Virus record (IMG/VR): IMGVR_UViG_3300018080_000098
Coordinates: 186,001-250,000 of that record
DNA length: 64,000 bases
Reading direction: 5' to 3' (one strand)
Position numbers and translations under genes: made by a program. Shown one piece after another: positions 40,984-52,441 of the stretch. Under the pieces are notes generated by a model. It was not told the DNA's origin, did no database searches, and saw only the letters and a list, made by a program, of their open reading frames with translations. Numbering within the stretch: the stretch's first letter is position 1; each line of letters opens with the position of its first letter.

Positions 40984-41128
40984 ATCCAGTAGAAGAAAGG
41001 AGGTACCCCATGAAGCGTTTTGCATTAAACAACCTCTAGCCCTCCCGTTTGTGTCCGGTTGGCGGTATGCCAGAGGTAGCGTTCCAAGTTCGTTGGCATC
41101 GGCTTGGGGAGTTAAACCGGACAACCTT

Positions 41129-41207
41129 GGGCGGTTAGCGAAGTGGCTTTACGCGGCGCCCTTACAAGGCGTGACATTTTACACTGGTTCGAGTCCAGTA
41201 CCGCCCA
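41129..41207 (+). tRNA. tRNA-Val(TAC) with atypical 10-nt variable region
   Basis: GGGCGGT/ACCGCCC-A acceptor; GCGCC CTTACAA GGCGT anticodon arm. Confidence 0.8.
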
Positions 41208-41820
41208 TCCTATTACGAAAGGAGCATTACGATGTCGATGCAAGTTGTACTCCGCAAAGGTCTCTACACCGACGACAAAGGAAAGACCGTCGTCTACGTA
41301 GTCAATAATGTTTACGAAAGGGGTTGGGATCAGGTAGACTTCGACGTTGTCCGCAGCGGGGCGGAACGTTCATGGCCGCTCGAAAGATTTCAGCGTCAGT
41401 TCCCCAACCGCGTCACCAAAATCGAAATTTCCTTCGAGTAATCCTATGAGTAGATTCGAAGCTCACGGTCCCGCGCACTCCCTCGCCTACGGCGTCGACC
41501 ACATGCCGTTCATCGGCACCTTCCTGCAAGTGTGGGGCAATACTGAGTATGACATGCCCGATGGAGACAACATCGTGGTAGACAAGCATCAAGTATCCGT
41601 TGCTCACATCATCGATGCAGCACAGCGGTACGACATACCGCTTGACTTGGAGAAGCTCCACCGCAATCTTGGAACCACTCCAGACATCGAACGTCTGCGG
41701 GAGTTCGGACTACTGCGATGAATCGGTACACTATTGACCAAGGTGGTACATGGAAACGTTTCACTCACTGTGATCTCTGCCGCAAGAAACTAGATGAACC
41801 GTTCGAAGCGAAGGTGACCA

Positions 41821-42336
41821 TTGGCTTCGTATTCGCTTGTGCTAGCTGCTCTCCAGGACTTCAAGATGGAAGCTTCGAAGACACCGGCAACTACTACGAC
41901 CCAGACGAAGCTGCCACTTCCAGAGGATGACCTTTGTGGTCCTCTTGAAGTAGACCTTTCTAAACTTCTTTCCCTTTACCCGCAAACAGACCCCTACCAT
42001 TCAGAGATATGGAACGACTTTGTCCTCGATAAGGACAGCATCCTGCAGAAAGTTCGCGTCCAGGATTTTCGTGACGAGCCCCTACCCTATCACGATTTAC
42101 AGTTAACGAGCTCTGTCAATTGCCAGGCAGAGCACGAACGTCGTGTGGCCTATCTCTACGTGCATGGTTGGGACGACCCCATCGAGCTTGATGTTGGCGT
42201 TGCTGGATTTGATACAGGGTCTTCTTATCCTGTATACGATGGCAACCACAGGATTGCTGCCGCTGTTCTTCGCGGCGATTCACATATTTTAGCGAATTGC
42301 TCTGGCGAAGAAAATCGCATTCAGGAGCTCCTCTAA
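41821..42336 (+). CDS. ParB/Srx-like domain protein (start uncertain)
   Basis: DPIELD...VYDGNHRIAAAV. Confidence 0.55.
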   Translation: MASYSLVLAALQDFKMEASKTPATTTTQTKLPLPEDDLCGPLEVDLSKLLSLYPQTDPYHSEIWNDFVLDKDSILQKVRVQDFRDEPLPYHDLQLTSSVNCQAEHERRVAYLYVHGWDDPIELDVGVAGFDTGSSYPVYDGNHRIAAAVLRGDSHILANCSGEENRIQELL

Positions 42337-42343
42337 ACTTTTC

Positions 42344-42372
42344 TTGACATATTTTTCTAGACGTCGTAAAGT
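42344..42372 (+). promoter_or_regulatory. sigma70-like promoter of nadE-pncB
   Basis: TTGACA-17nt-TAAAGT. Confidence 0.65.
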
Positions 42373-42409
42373 CGCGACAGCAACATTACGAAGCACTGAG
42401 AGGTGTCAG

Positions 42410-43237
42410 ATGCAGAATATTTGGAACGAGATCACGGGGAAGCTCAGAAACTTTTTTCACAGCAGAGGGTTCACCAAGGCGGTGATCGGGGGCTCGGGAG
42501 GCATCGACTCCTCAGTAGTGATCTGCCTCGCAGTAGAAGCACTTGGAGCGAAGAATGTCCTCGTCGCTATGATGCCCGCTCCTCACTCGAGTGAGGGTAG
42601 CGTAACGGACACTTTGAAGCTGTGCTCCAACTGGGGTGTGACGCCGGTAACTCTTCCCATCGAGCGGCTGATGGGGGAGTTCAACACGTCGCTCGCGAAC
42701 ATCAGCAACATCGTTACGCCTCCGCTGGGCAACTTTCCGAAGGTGGACGGTGCGTTCACGTACGAGAATATTCAGGCGCGCATCCGCATGGTTCTCCTGA
42801 TGGCGCTCAGCAATGAGTACGGCTGTCTCGTGTTGAACACCTGCAACAAGTCGGAGGACTACACCGGCTATTGCACACTCTACGGAGACTCATGTGGTGC
42901 CATCGCGCCTATCGGGGACCTCTACAAGGGGGAGGTCTATGAGCTCGCGGAGTGGATCACCTACAACCCTGTACTCCCCAATATCCCCTTTGCCATTCTG
43001 CACAAGGCGCCCACGGCAGAGCTCCGTGAAGGGCAATTGGACTCCGACGAAATTCCTCCCTACGAGGAGCTCGACCCGATCCTCACACACCTTCTCGATG
43101 AAGGGTTGACTGTGGACTCCGTGGTCACGTTGGGCCACGACGCCAACACGGTGGCGAAGGTGCAGCACCTCATGAACGGTTCGGGGTACAAAAGGGACCA
43201 GTCGGCTCCCGTGCTCAAGCTCGAGAGGAAGGGCTGA
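42410..43237 (+). CDS. nadE: NH3-dependent NAD+ synthetase
   Basis: SGGIDSS, ENIQARIRM, NKSEDYTGYCTLYGD, PIGDLYK, KAPTAELREGQLD. Confidence 0.93.
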   Translation: MQNIWNEITGKLRNFFHSRGFTKAVIGGSGGIDSSVVICLAVEALGAKNVLVAMMPAPHSSEGSVTDTLKLCSNWGVTPVTLPIERLMGEFNTSLANISNIVTPPLGNFPKVDGAFTYENIQARIRMVLLMALSNEYGCLVLNTCNKSEDYTGYCTLYGDSCGAIAPIGDLYKGEVYELAEWITYNPVLPNIPFAILHKAPTAELREGQLDSDEIPPYEELDPILTHLLDEGLTVDSVVTLGHDANTVAKVQHLMNGSGYKRDQSAPVLKLERKG

Positions 43238-44415
43238 TGCTCAAGAGTATCCTCGACACCGACCTCTACAAGCTCACGATGCAGCAGGCCGTGCATCGGC
43301 TGTACCCGTGGGCAGAAGCTGAGTACACGTTCATCAATCGGGGAGGAACAGAATTCCCACAAGGGTTCGCGGCAAAGCTTCGTCTTGCTATTGAGGAGCT
43401 TGCCAGTCTGCGACTTACTAGGGAGGAGAAGACCTACCTGGCAGCCACGTGCCCTTACTTGACGCCAGTGTATCTCGATTTCCTGCGTTCTTATCGCTTC
43501 AACCCTTCGGAGGTTCACATTTCACAGCCTCCGCACGGAAACCTTTCCGTGTCTGTTAGGGGACCTTGGTACAGAACGATTTTGTGGGAAGTTCCCCTAA
43601 TGGCGATGATCAGCGAGCTCTACTTCCAGGAGACAATGGCTCGCGCCAACCCACGTCCAGTGCGGCAGGAAACCAACACGCTCAAGGGAGAATCCTTTGT
43701 TAAAAGCGGAGCGCGGTTGGTGGACTTCGGTACACGGCGGCGCTTCTCTTGTCAGAACCAGGACGAGGTCCTCTACGACCTGCTCGCTGTCACTGGCAGC
43801 ACCCTGGTTGGAACGAGCAACGTGTACTTCGCACGAAAATACGGCATCAAGCCTATCGGTACTCATGCGCACGAGTGGTTCATGTATCACGGCGCTATCA
43901 ACGGGTACCGGGCAGCCAACCCGACCGCACTCGATGCTTGGATGCGTGTGTACCAAGGCGCCCTGGGCATCGCGCTCACAGACACGTATACCACGAAGGC
44001 GTTCTTCTCCATTTTCGACGCAGTGAAATCTAGGCTGTTTGACGGTGCCCGTCACGATTCCGGTGACCCCTTCGATTTCGCAGACGCCGCCGTCGCACAC
44101 TACGAAAAGCTGCTCATCGATCCTTTCTCCAAAACGTCAGTGTTTTCTGATGGTATCTCCTCCACAGACACGGTTGCTCGACTGCAGCGACACTGTGCAG
44201 GAAGAATCAAGACGTCATTCGGTATCGGCACATTCCTGACCAATGACGTGGGTGTCACACCACTCAACATCGTTATCAAGATGACGTCCTGTCGCGAGCA
44301 TCCCAATAACCGGTGGGTACCCACCGTCAAGCTGTCGGATGCCGAAGGGAAGCACACAGGTGACAAGGCAGAAGTCAAGCACTGTCTGGACGTGGTCAGC
44401 CGAATCGCTCCGTAG
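43237..44415 (+). CDS. pncB: nicotinate phosphoribosyltransferase
   Basis: SILDTDLYKLTM, DFGTRRRFS, GTSNV, GTHAHEW, ALTDT, RHDSGDP, FGIGT, KLSD. Confidence 0.95.
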   Translation: MLKSILDTDLYKLTMQQAVHRLYPWAEAEYTFINRGGTEFPQGFAAKLRLAIEELASLRLTREEKTYLAATCPYLTPVYLDFLRSYRFNPSEVHISQPPHGNLSVSVRGPWYRTILWEVPLMAMISELYFQETMARANPRPVRQETNTLKGESFVKSGARLVDFGTRRRFSCQNQDEVLYDLLAVTGSTLVGTSNVYFARKYGIKPIGTHAHEWFMYHGAINGYRAANPTALDAWMRVYQGALGIALTDTYTTKAFFSIFDAVKSRLFDGARHDSGDPFDFADAAVAHYEKLLIDPFSKTSVFSDGISSTDTVARLQRHCAGRIKTSFGIGTFLTNDVGVTPLNIVIKMTSCREHPNNRWVPTVKLSDAEGKHTGDKAEVKHCLDVVSRIAP

Positions 44416-44425
44416 ACATTTTTTC

Positions 44426-44454
44426 TTGACAGCTTTTCCTGGACAACGTAAAGT
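44426..44454 (+). promoter_or_regulatory. sigma70-like promoter
   Basis: TTGACA-17nt-TAAAGT. Confidence 0.65.
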
Positions 44455-45185
44455 AGCTTCCAATGCTGGGTAGCAACTAGCGATACACCAAGATGTCGTG
44501 AGCGCAGACGTGGAAGCGACTGCCGGTTGTTGCCGCAGCAGCCTACGGGTGGTGGCCCACCGTAGGGCTTACCGGGCGCCAGTGAGCCAGCATGCGGGCA
44601 CGCTTCGTGTTGCTGGATGACTCCCGGATAGTTGCAAGCGTGCATACGGTAGCTCGGCTCTGCAGGGTTGTGGTTGACTTGGCTATTCGTTTGGGCCACC
44701 TTCTATTACGGGAGGTATTACTGTGCAACGACCGACGATGGCTGATGTCCGGAAAATTCACGCGTTACTGGATGAGGGAGATTCAGAAGTAGCGTTTCTT
44801 CAGGCTTTCGTGCGCTCATGTAAGGAAGCTGCAGAAATGCTGGGCTTGCACACGCTGCCATTTGATAAGATGTCCGACATCATCACACGGATTCGTAGGC
44901 CATTCCACAGTATGGAACAATTGCTCCAGTACATCGAGGAGTCGAGTCCTTACCGTTACCGCAACAAGTCTAGGGCGGTTGTAATCCTGCCCGATGATAC
45001 CGTTCTTCAGCCGGGGCACATCGTCTCGTTGGACGAAGAGGAGCGGACAACGGAACCGATCATGGGTTATATCGACGAGGGACTTTTGGTGTCCCTCACA
45101 AAAGAATAGGAGAGTATGATGAAGAGGGTCAGTAACTTTCAGTATTTCGTAGCAGAAAAGAAAACAAACAGAGAAGGACCCTCTT

Positions 45186-45797
45186 ATGAAGTCGTACCCC
45201 AGTATTCCGTACCCTGGGAAGAAGGGAACGGGTAAAAAACTTCACACTTTCGCCAAGCTAGACGGCTCCAACCTCCGCTTCGAGTGGACCAAGAAAAAAG
45301 GCTGGCATAAATTCGGTACTCGTCGTCATCTTTTTGACGAGAGCTTCGATGTCTATGGACCGGCGATCCCACTCTTTCGGGAACGGCTCTCCGAACCCCT
45401 CGAGCGCATTGCGCGGGACAACCGATGGGACAAGGTCATCGTATTCTGCGAGTACTACGGCCCGCAGTCGTTGGGTGGGCAACATGAGCCCGACGATCCA
45501 ATGGAGCTCACCGTCATCGACGTCAATCCTCATCGGAAGGGTATCCTCCCTCCCGTAGAATTCCTGAAGCTGTTCGAGGAATTCGGCCCTAATTATCTAG
45601 GCCACCTTACGTGGTCGTTGGGTTTTCTTTCGCGTGTGCAGAGCGGGGAAGTCGAAGGCGCCAGCTTCGAAGGCGTCGTCGGTAAGTGCACGGAAGGTAA
45701 GGTACTCAAGATGTACAAGACTAAGACGGCTGCCTGGATAGAGGCGATCCTCGAGCGCCACGGAGAGGAAAAAGGACGGAGGATAATCAACAGCTAG
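45186..45797 (+). CDS. RNA ligase-like nucleotidyltransferase
   Basis: YPSI...KLDGSN (motif I), FGTR, FCEYYG, EGVVGK, YKTKT. Confidence 0.7.
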   Translation: MKSYPSIPYPGKKGTGKKLHTFAKLDGSNLRFEWTKKKGWHKFGTRRHLFDESFDVYGPAIPLFRERLSEPLERIARDNRWDKVIVFCEYYGPQSLGGQHEPDDPMELTVIDVNPHRKGILPPVEFLKLFEEFGPNYLGHLTWSLGFLSRVQSGEVEGASFEGVVGKCTEGKVLKMYKTKTAAWIEAILERHGEEKGRRIINS

Positions 45798-47229
45798 GCG
45801 CATCTTGTAAAATACTTGTGAGCGTAACGGTTCCACGAGCCGGGTATACGCGGAGAGACTCCTGGGGAATTATAAAACCTGGGAGATACCTGGGAACGGG
45901 GTGGGCACCCAGGAGGCGCGGGGCGTAAAAAGGTCCGTCACCCGCAACGCTGAGCTTAGAGGTGGGATGCTCAGCACTTTCAACGAGAAAACACATGCTC
46001 GAGCGACGTTCCATAGTCAAAGGTACCTGCGACTGCTGCTACAGCGATGGCGATATGCTCCTCCACGTTGAGCTTGGCCTAGTGAACTTGTGTATCTGTA
46101 GCAAGTGCAGGAAGAAACTTTCCTATTTGTTGGCCACCAGCAGTAGTGGTACCCTTGCTCCCGGTGGTACAACAAAGAAAACAGTCAGCGGCGGTTCGTA
46201 CAAAACGGACACCTGTGTGCCTGTGAAGGATATTAAAAGCCGATGATTAGTGCAAAGCTAGTCTTCCGAGATGACGCTGGGAACCTCTGCCCACCAGGAC
46301 ATATCAACTCCCTCACGCCTGAGAAGTTTTACACAGATTGGGCCGCAGGAAAGCTGCAGCGAGACGTGGTGGTGCAAATAACTGACCCCACGGTTGTAGA
46401 GAGGGGTTTCCGCAATCCGCACTCACTCGAGTTTCAACTGGCAGGGGTAGAAACGTACTACGCATGGGGAGCGATAGACGAGGAGCTCTTGTTGGCGCCT
46501 AAACTACTCACTGTTTACCGTGACCTTTCTCCTGCTCAGGTATTGGTTACGCGACGCAACAATAAGGACTTCCACGACATCGCTTGGCACATGCTAAAGG
46601 CAGGCGTCGCAGAGAGTATTGTCGTTCGCGCCCGTGGTAAGTTGTACGCTACCTTCTACCCGCTGTCCGCAGATGTGTCTCATACAGCAGACTGGTACGA
46701 CCGCGATCCGAAGGATGTCGTACGGGACATCATCCTCGAGCTTCTAGAAAAGTGGACGAAGCGCGACAATGCTACGGTGCTGCACTTGCTCAACACTGCA
46801 TGCAATACTATCAACGACGTCTTTGCATTCAAGGAGCTCACGTCGTTTGCGGTCGACTGCATGCGTACCCAGGTGATGCGCTGGCAATTCTCGGAACCCC
46901 AGATGCACGTTTTGGCTACCGCGCGTGCACTGGCGAACATGGATCCGGAGAAGTGGAAGCGGTGGCATATGCACCCTATTTGTTTAGGTGCTCCGCATGA
47001 CGTAACATGGGCGGACTACACCAGTTCCTCTCGGGACCAGAAGGACCTGTTCCTTTGTGCGGCCCCTTCTGCGCTTGGAGCGCGCGGCGTGAAAATCGAA
47101 ATACAGGCTGAGCCTATTCGAAATACACAAACCCCTTCCACCGAGTATGGGTGGCTGTGGAGCAGCGAGATAAGCACACAGGTCACCAACTCCCGTGCCG
47201 TGGTGGCTGGTGCCTTCGAGGAGTAAAAC

Positions 47230-47751
47230 ATGAGCAACCCAACTGAGCAGGAAACAAACTGCCCGAAGCATGGTTCGGTTGCCCGAGCGCTTTTCGGCTT
47301 TGACTACGTGTGTTCAGAGTGTTTAAGGGAGTACCACGAAGCCCTCGACAGATGCCCGGGTGAGCGCATTCAACGTGAAATTGAGCGCCGCATGATTTGC
47401 GGAGATCCCAAAGTAATCAGAAAGAAAACGTGGCCCGAGTACTTCGAGAAGGTGCTTAACGGCGAGAAGCGCTTCGAGCTCCGCATCGCGGACGACACCA
47501 ACTACGAGGAAGGTGATCTGCTCGTCCTCGAGGAGTGGGACCCGGAGACTCAGCAGCTTACCGGCCGCCACGTCACGCGGCGCATCGGCTACATGCTCAA
47601 CACGAAGGATTTGGATTTCATCTGTCCACAGGACGTCAAGCACCTCGGCCTCCTCGTCATGCAGTTGGAAGACCCTTCTCCTGACCTTAAAGAAGGCGAC
47701 AGAAAATGTGGATATGAGTGGGGGTGTTGGTTTGGACCAGCTGGGAGATAG
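47230..47751 (+). CDS. ASCH/PUA-like (DUF3850) domain protein
   Basis: KTWPEYFEKVLNGEKRFELR...YEEGDLLVLEEWDP...TGR. Confidence 0.75.
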   Translation: MSNPTEQETNCPKHGSVARALFGFDYVCSECLREYHEALDRCPGERIQREIERRMICGDPKVIRKKTWPEYFEKVLNGEKRFELRIADDTNYEEGDLLVLEEWDPETQQLTGRHVTRRIGYMLNTKDLDFICPQDVKHLGLLVMQLEDPSPDLKEGDRKCGYEWGCWFGPAGR

Positions 47752-47758
47752 GTTACCA

Positions 47759-48001
47759 ATGATTATTGAATGCATAGTAAGTGGGCAAGCTGTCAGTATA
47801 ACCACTACGTCCGACTTGCGCGTAGGGCAACTGCGGATGAAAGCGCTCGAGGAAACGGGGCACCCTATTGAATATTCCAACGAGTGGGAGGTACGCAATG
47901 CAGACGGCGCCTTGTTGGTAATATCAAACACCCTCGTGCACAGTGATCTTTCTGACGGCGCTACTGTTTACATAGACCCCCACCCGGGTGTTGGCGCATG
48001 A
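47759..48001 (+). CDS. ubiquitin-like beta-grasp protein (DUF2604-like)
   Basis: IVSGQ...KALEETGH...WEVRNADG...VYI..HPGVGA. Confidence 0.6.
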   Translation: MIIECIVSGQAVSITTTSDLRVGQLRMKALEETGHPIEYSNEWEVRNADGALLVISNTLVHSDLSDGATVYIDPHPGVGA

Positions 48002-48366
48002 CAGTAAACGTCGACAACAGTGGCGGCGTGTACAACATAGGTGCCGTGTTTTTGTTCTGCCCTGCTTGTGGCCATCTCCTTCATTGGACGAGAGTTCCAG
48101 GAACGTACGGACTCCTTTCTGAGTACCGCGTGAAGTGTCCAGACTGTGGTGAGTTTATGGAGAAGTGTGATGGCTGTTGAATTCGACAACTGTTACGCAG
48201 AGCACCAGACCGACAAAGCACTACTGGTTTACATTCCGGAAATTTCCGACGAACCCCAGTGGGTGCCACAACAGCACATTACCGATGACAGCGAAGTGTA
48301 CCGAAAAGGTGATGAAGGCAAGCTCGTCGTCACCGATTGGATAGCTGAGAAGAAAGGGTGGGTGTA

Positions 48367-49119
48367 ATGCAGGAAGACCTTACAGAAGAAGTGGAAATCG
48401 CTGTCGATAGGATGCTCCACTGGCTAGACGTGTACACACGTACTCGTAGCAGCACCATCACCCCCAGCATCGAGTTTCAGCGCGCGGTCATGGACGCCGC
48501 TTTGATGAAAGCCGACGAGGGTATCAAGAAGCAGCTCGAGCAGTACGAGGCTGAAGAGGTAGCTCGAGTGAAGCGTCGGGAAGAGGTAGAGAAGAGCAAC
48601 GATCCGAAGAAGGGTTGGTGGATCCACACGTTGTCCCCTCGCATGGGCGTCAATTGGCATCTGCTTGAACGCTTCGAACAAGAGAAGTTCAAAAATCCGA
48701 AGCGCCTGTTCCTCTACCGTAAACAACGCAGCGAGCTCATGTGTGACTGCAAAGGTCGGGACGGTAGCTCCTGCGGCACGTGCTACGGTACCGGCTTCGA
48801 CGGTGGTTGGGTGTTCGCTGGGCCCTTCCCCGCGGTGGGTGTTAGAAAAGAAGCTGAGCCCGATACCGAAACCGATGGCAGGCTTCTAGGTGCAATGCAT
48901 TTCCAGGTTTCTTTGTTCCGTCGCATTATCCCTGGCGATGTGGTGGTAGACGAAGACGGTGTACGCTGGCGCGTCCTCAGAGTAGAAGGAGGGTGGAACC
49001 AGAATTACCAGTACGGCTGGCTCGTGCACGCTTTCACCGTCCACCCCACGTTGGGCCAAGCAAAGTTTCCCTTGACGCACAACGAGAAGAAGATGGAGAA
49101 GGAAGTAGATGCTGAATAG
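48367..49119 (+). CDS. zinc-finger protein resembling large-phage structural proteins
   Basis: CDC...CGTCYGTGFDGGW and PGDVVV...RWRV. Confidence 0.4.
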   Translation: MQEDLTEEVEIAVDRMLHWLDVYTRTRSSTITPSIEFQRAVMDAALMKADEGIKKQLEQYEAEEVARVKRREEVEKSNDPKKGWWIHTLSPRMGVNWHLLERFEQEKFKNPKRLFLYRKQRSELMCDCKGRDGSSCGTCYGTGFDGGWVFAGPFPAVGVRKEAEPDTETDGRLLGAMHFQVSLFRRIIPGDVVVDEDGVRWRVLRVEGGWNQNYQYGWLVHAFTVHPTLGQAKFPLTHNEKKMEKEVDAE

Positions 49120-51118
49120 GCGCACGATTCAGGATATAGTGCTTCGTGGTTACCTTCCGACAACCACGGGAGAGCTCCGCGCTTTGGAAGAACGTCTTGT
49201 CACCTGTGGGGACGTGGAGCAGCATTTTCTCGAGTACGGGCGTCCAGGAATGCACATTTTCGGACAAGCTCCCGAGGACCACGAATGTTACCCTGGTTGC
49301 GTGCCCATCGACTACATCCCGTGCGATCACCACATCTACATCATCCGGCACGACCCTATCAACGCGTCTCCAGCTGGACCTCTAGGTGAGTTGCGTGTAC
49401 AAGGCCGGGAAACGTGCTCCCTGTGCGGCAAGCCTCTACGGTTGGCGTTCGGCATTCCTTTAGACACCAAAGATTTGGTTCTGGTGGGGTGCCCTGCCCT
49501 AAAGGAAGGCGTGACCATCGTTGACGTGTTGCCGATCTTTTCCAAAACGTTGGTGAAGGGGTCACTTGGTAGCGCGCTCAATATTCCTTACCAGCGCAGC
49601 AAATACGCGATGACTCGTGTGGATGAGAAAGTGTAGGAGGGACGGTATTTTGGTAATAGGAATTATGCTCTTGCTCATAGTAATTGGGTGGACCCTTTTT
49701 GCAGCGTTCATCCAGCAGGGTATGCTTAGACGTGTCAAAGTCTACCTGTTTTTCCTTGGTACGGTGATCACGTTTTTTCTCATGTGGGGAGGGTCCATGG
49801 TTGCTTCTCCTGTTTTTGGCAGCGAAAATTTGTGGAAAGACGTTTTTGTTAAGAAATGCTCCTGTGTCTGGGAGATAAAAGATTCAACGGTTAGTCAGAA
49901 GCGCAAGCAGAAGTAAAGGTACCAAGATGCCAATAGAATCTGTTACTTCCATCTTGAAGCGTATCAGCGACGCTCGCAAGCTGTACGTAGAGCGCACTTT
50001 TTCTGGGCGCGCTTTCACCGAGGGCATCGATTTGGTACGCTCACAGGTAGCCGTTAAGCAGTATTACGGCCTGGCTCCAGGTATTCTGGAACCGGGAGAA
50101 ACGCTGGTAGATGGAACGTGTCTTGTCCACGTTCCTCCCAGAGAACCCGGGAAGCCTTTTCGCACGGTAACCGTATCCACGGGAGCTCCTTCTACCGCTA
50201 TCTTTGCGGGCTTCAAGTTGGGTGACGGTTTCCCCATGGTCACTGTAGGCTCCGGTCACTTCCACGTGTACACTCTTCTCTACGACAAAAATGCGGAGTG
50301 GGCGCTCGACGACCATTGCTTGCCCATTCCCGGGCCCGATGGCCTCGTGACCACAGGAGCCTTCCCAGATGACCACTTTCGTGCTATAGGTCGAGTGGTG
50401 CAGCTGCCAACGAAACACGACCCGTATTTGGGACTTGCAGGTTTCGCTCATGCGTAGGATGGTGCCTGATGGCTGGCAACAAGAAAACTCCAAGCGGAAT
50501 CACGATTGTTCTTAACGGAAAAGAGATTGGTAAAATAACCGATTGGAAACCATCACGACAAGAAGACCGAGATGCTGGGTTCCCTAAGTACGTAGAGAAA
50601 ATCAAAGACGTGAACAAATTCCTCGAGGAGATGTGGGACAAAGAAATCGAAGTCGCCACCGGAGCTCCGTCCTTCCCCGAGCAGAGCTTCACCTTGAAAC
50701 AAGACGATTGCTCAATCACCATGATCCTAGATGGCCAAGAAACCGAGCTGGAAGAGTGTTGGTGGGAGGGCGACAACTTCGTTGTGCGTGAGAAAACCAC
50801 CGGCAAAGTGTGGGCCTTCGTAAACGCTTACCCAGTTAGTGAGAAAGTTGTAGAAGAGGTTTAGTATGGCTACTGTTTACATCATCACGGATGGTACCAC
50901 GTTTGTTGGGGCGCACACGGAGGGTGGGCTGCACTTGGCGCAGGTGTTCATGGAAAAGAACACGCGGAAATCGGGTGCCAACTTATAGCGTCTCTTTGTA
51001 TTGAAGATGCTCCATGCCTGCAGGTGCGCACGTTGGAGGTTCCTCCTGAGGATATTCATGTGTACGTCAATGCGGAGTTGGTCAAGAAGCAGCTCGGGCT
51101 CACAGAAGAGGAATAGAA

Positions 51119-51478
51119 ATGACGTTCACAATCACCAACCGAGACAAAGAGTGGGTCCAACGTACCCAAGACCTCGCCAGCCGCCTCCACCGTATCGCCA
51201 AAGAACACGGCTGGTGGCCCAGCGAAGGACGAAACCACGGAGAAGTTATCGCCTTGGTTCACTCCGAATTGTCCGAAACTCTAGAAGCCATGCGCCACGG
51301 CAATCCACCCAGCGAGAAAATCGAAGGCTTCTCCCAAGTAGAAGAGGAGCTCGCGGACGCCATCATCCGCATTCTCGAATACTGCCACGTGCACGATGTC
51401 CGTATCGGAGAAGCTATTCTCGCGAAAGCGAAGTACAACGATCAACGTGCCTACCGGCATGGCGGCAAACAATTTTGA
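51119..51478 (+). CDS. MazG-like nucleotide pyrophosphohydrolase
   Basis: ALVHSELSETLEA...EEELADAIIRI...KAKYN..R.YRHGGK. Confidence 0.8.
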   Translation: MTFTITNRDKEWVQRTQDLASRLHRIAKEHGWWPSEGRNHGEVIALVHSELSETLEAMRHGNPPSEKIEGFSQVEEELADAIIRILEYCHVHDVRIGEAILAKAKYNDQRAYRHGGKQF

Positions 51479-52441
51479 CAGCTGTAGCTTGTTGAAACAA
51501 GGAGTCACCAATGAGCCTCGACTTGGACAAGTTCAACGAAACCGCCGTAGCCTCAGTATGCTTTTATGAAGTTGACGACGAAGGTGTACGAACAGATAAA
51601 GCTGTTACCATCTCGAAGGCTGAGTGGGTAGGAGATAAAGCACGCTTCGCTTGCAGCAACGCTCTAGTTAGGTTCTTTGCAGAACTAACAACCATGGAAG
51701 TCCCCACTCCAGAAGCAATACGAGATCTCATGGACGAATATGGTATCTATCTCCATATTCCCGGAACTACACCAAATGAATAAACCTCTCTACACCAACT
51801 GCCCCGAGTGCCAAGCCAAAATGGCGCTCCCTCTCGTCCAAAGCCTCAGTGAGATAATCGGCACCTCCCCCGGTTGCCCTACCTGCGGCAAGCTCCTGTT
51901 CTGTGTACCACCGGGCAAGCTCATCCTCTTCGATGACCGAAAGCACAAAGCTACCAGAGAGCTTCCCGTTCCCTGCAAAGAGTGCCAGGGTCTCGGTGTG
52001 GTCCGCCAACAAAAAGAGGAATCTCCTGAGGATATTGCTTACGTCTCTTGTGAGATGGTGCACGCAACTTGCCCTCAGTGTAACGGAGATGGCCACGCTC
52101 GTTCGTAGACGGAACGTCGTTATCTATCTGTGTGAACCGTGAACGCGAACTGGAGCGCACCGCTGTGACTGCCGATAATCTCGCTCCTGTTTGCTGTGGC
52201 GTTTCCAAAAGGAAGCTCGACATTCTTCATCAGCAGTACAAAGAAGAGTACCTGTGGAAGTGCGACCACTGCGGTAGTTTTACGTATCGGTTGTTGAGTA
52301 AGGATCGCGGTAGACGCTAACGTGCGCTGTGTGCCTAGGCGAAGCAGAGAGATGCCGAGCGCACGTCTCCCAAGTAGCGGTTTACCACTAAGGCACGAGG
52401 CCTCCCGCTTCGTGCCTTAATTTTTGCCCCGAATATTTTTC

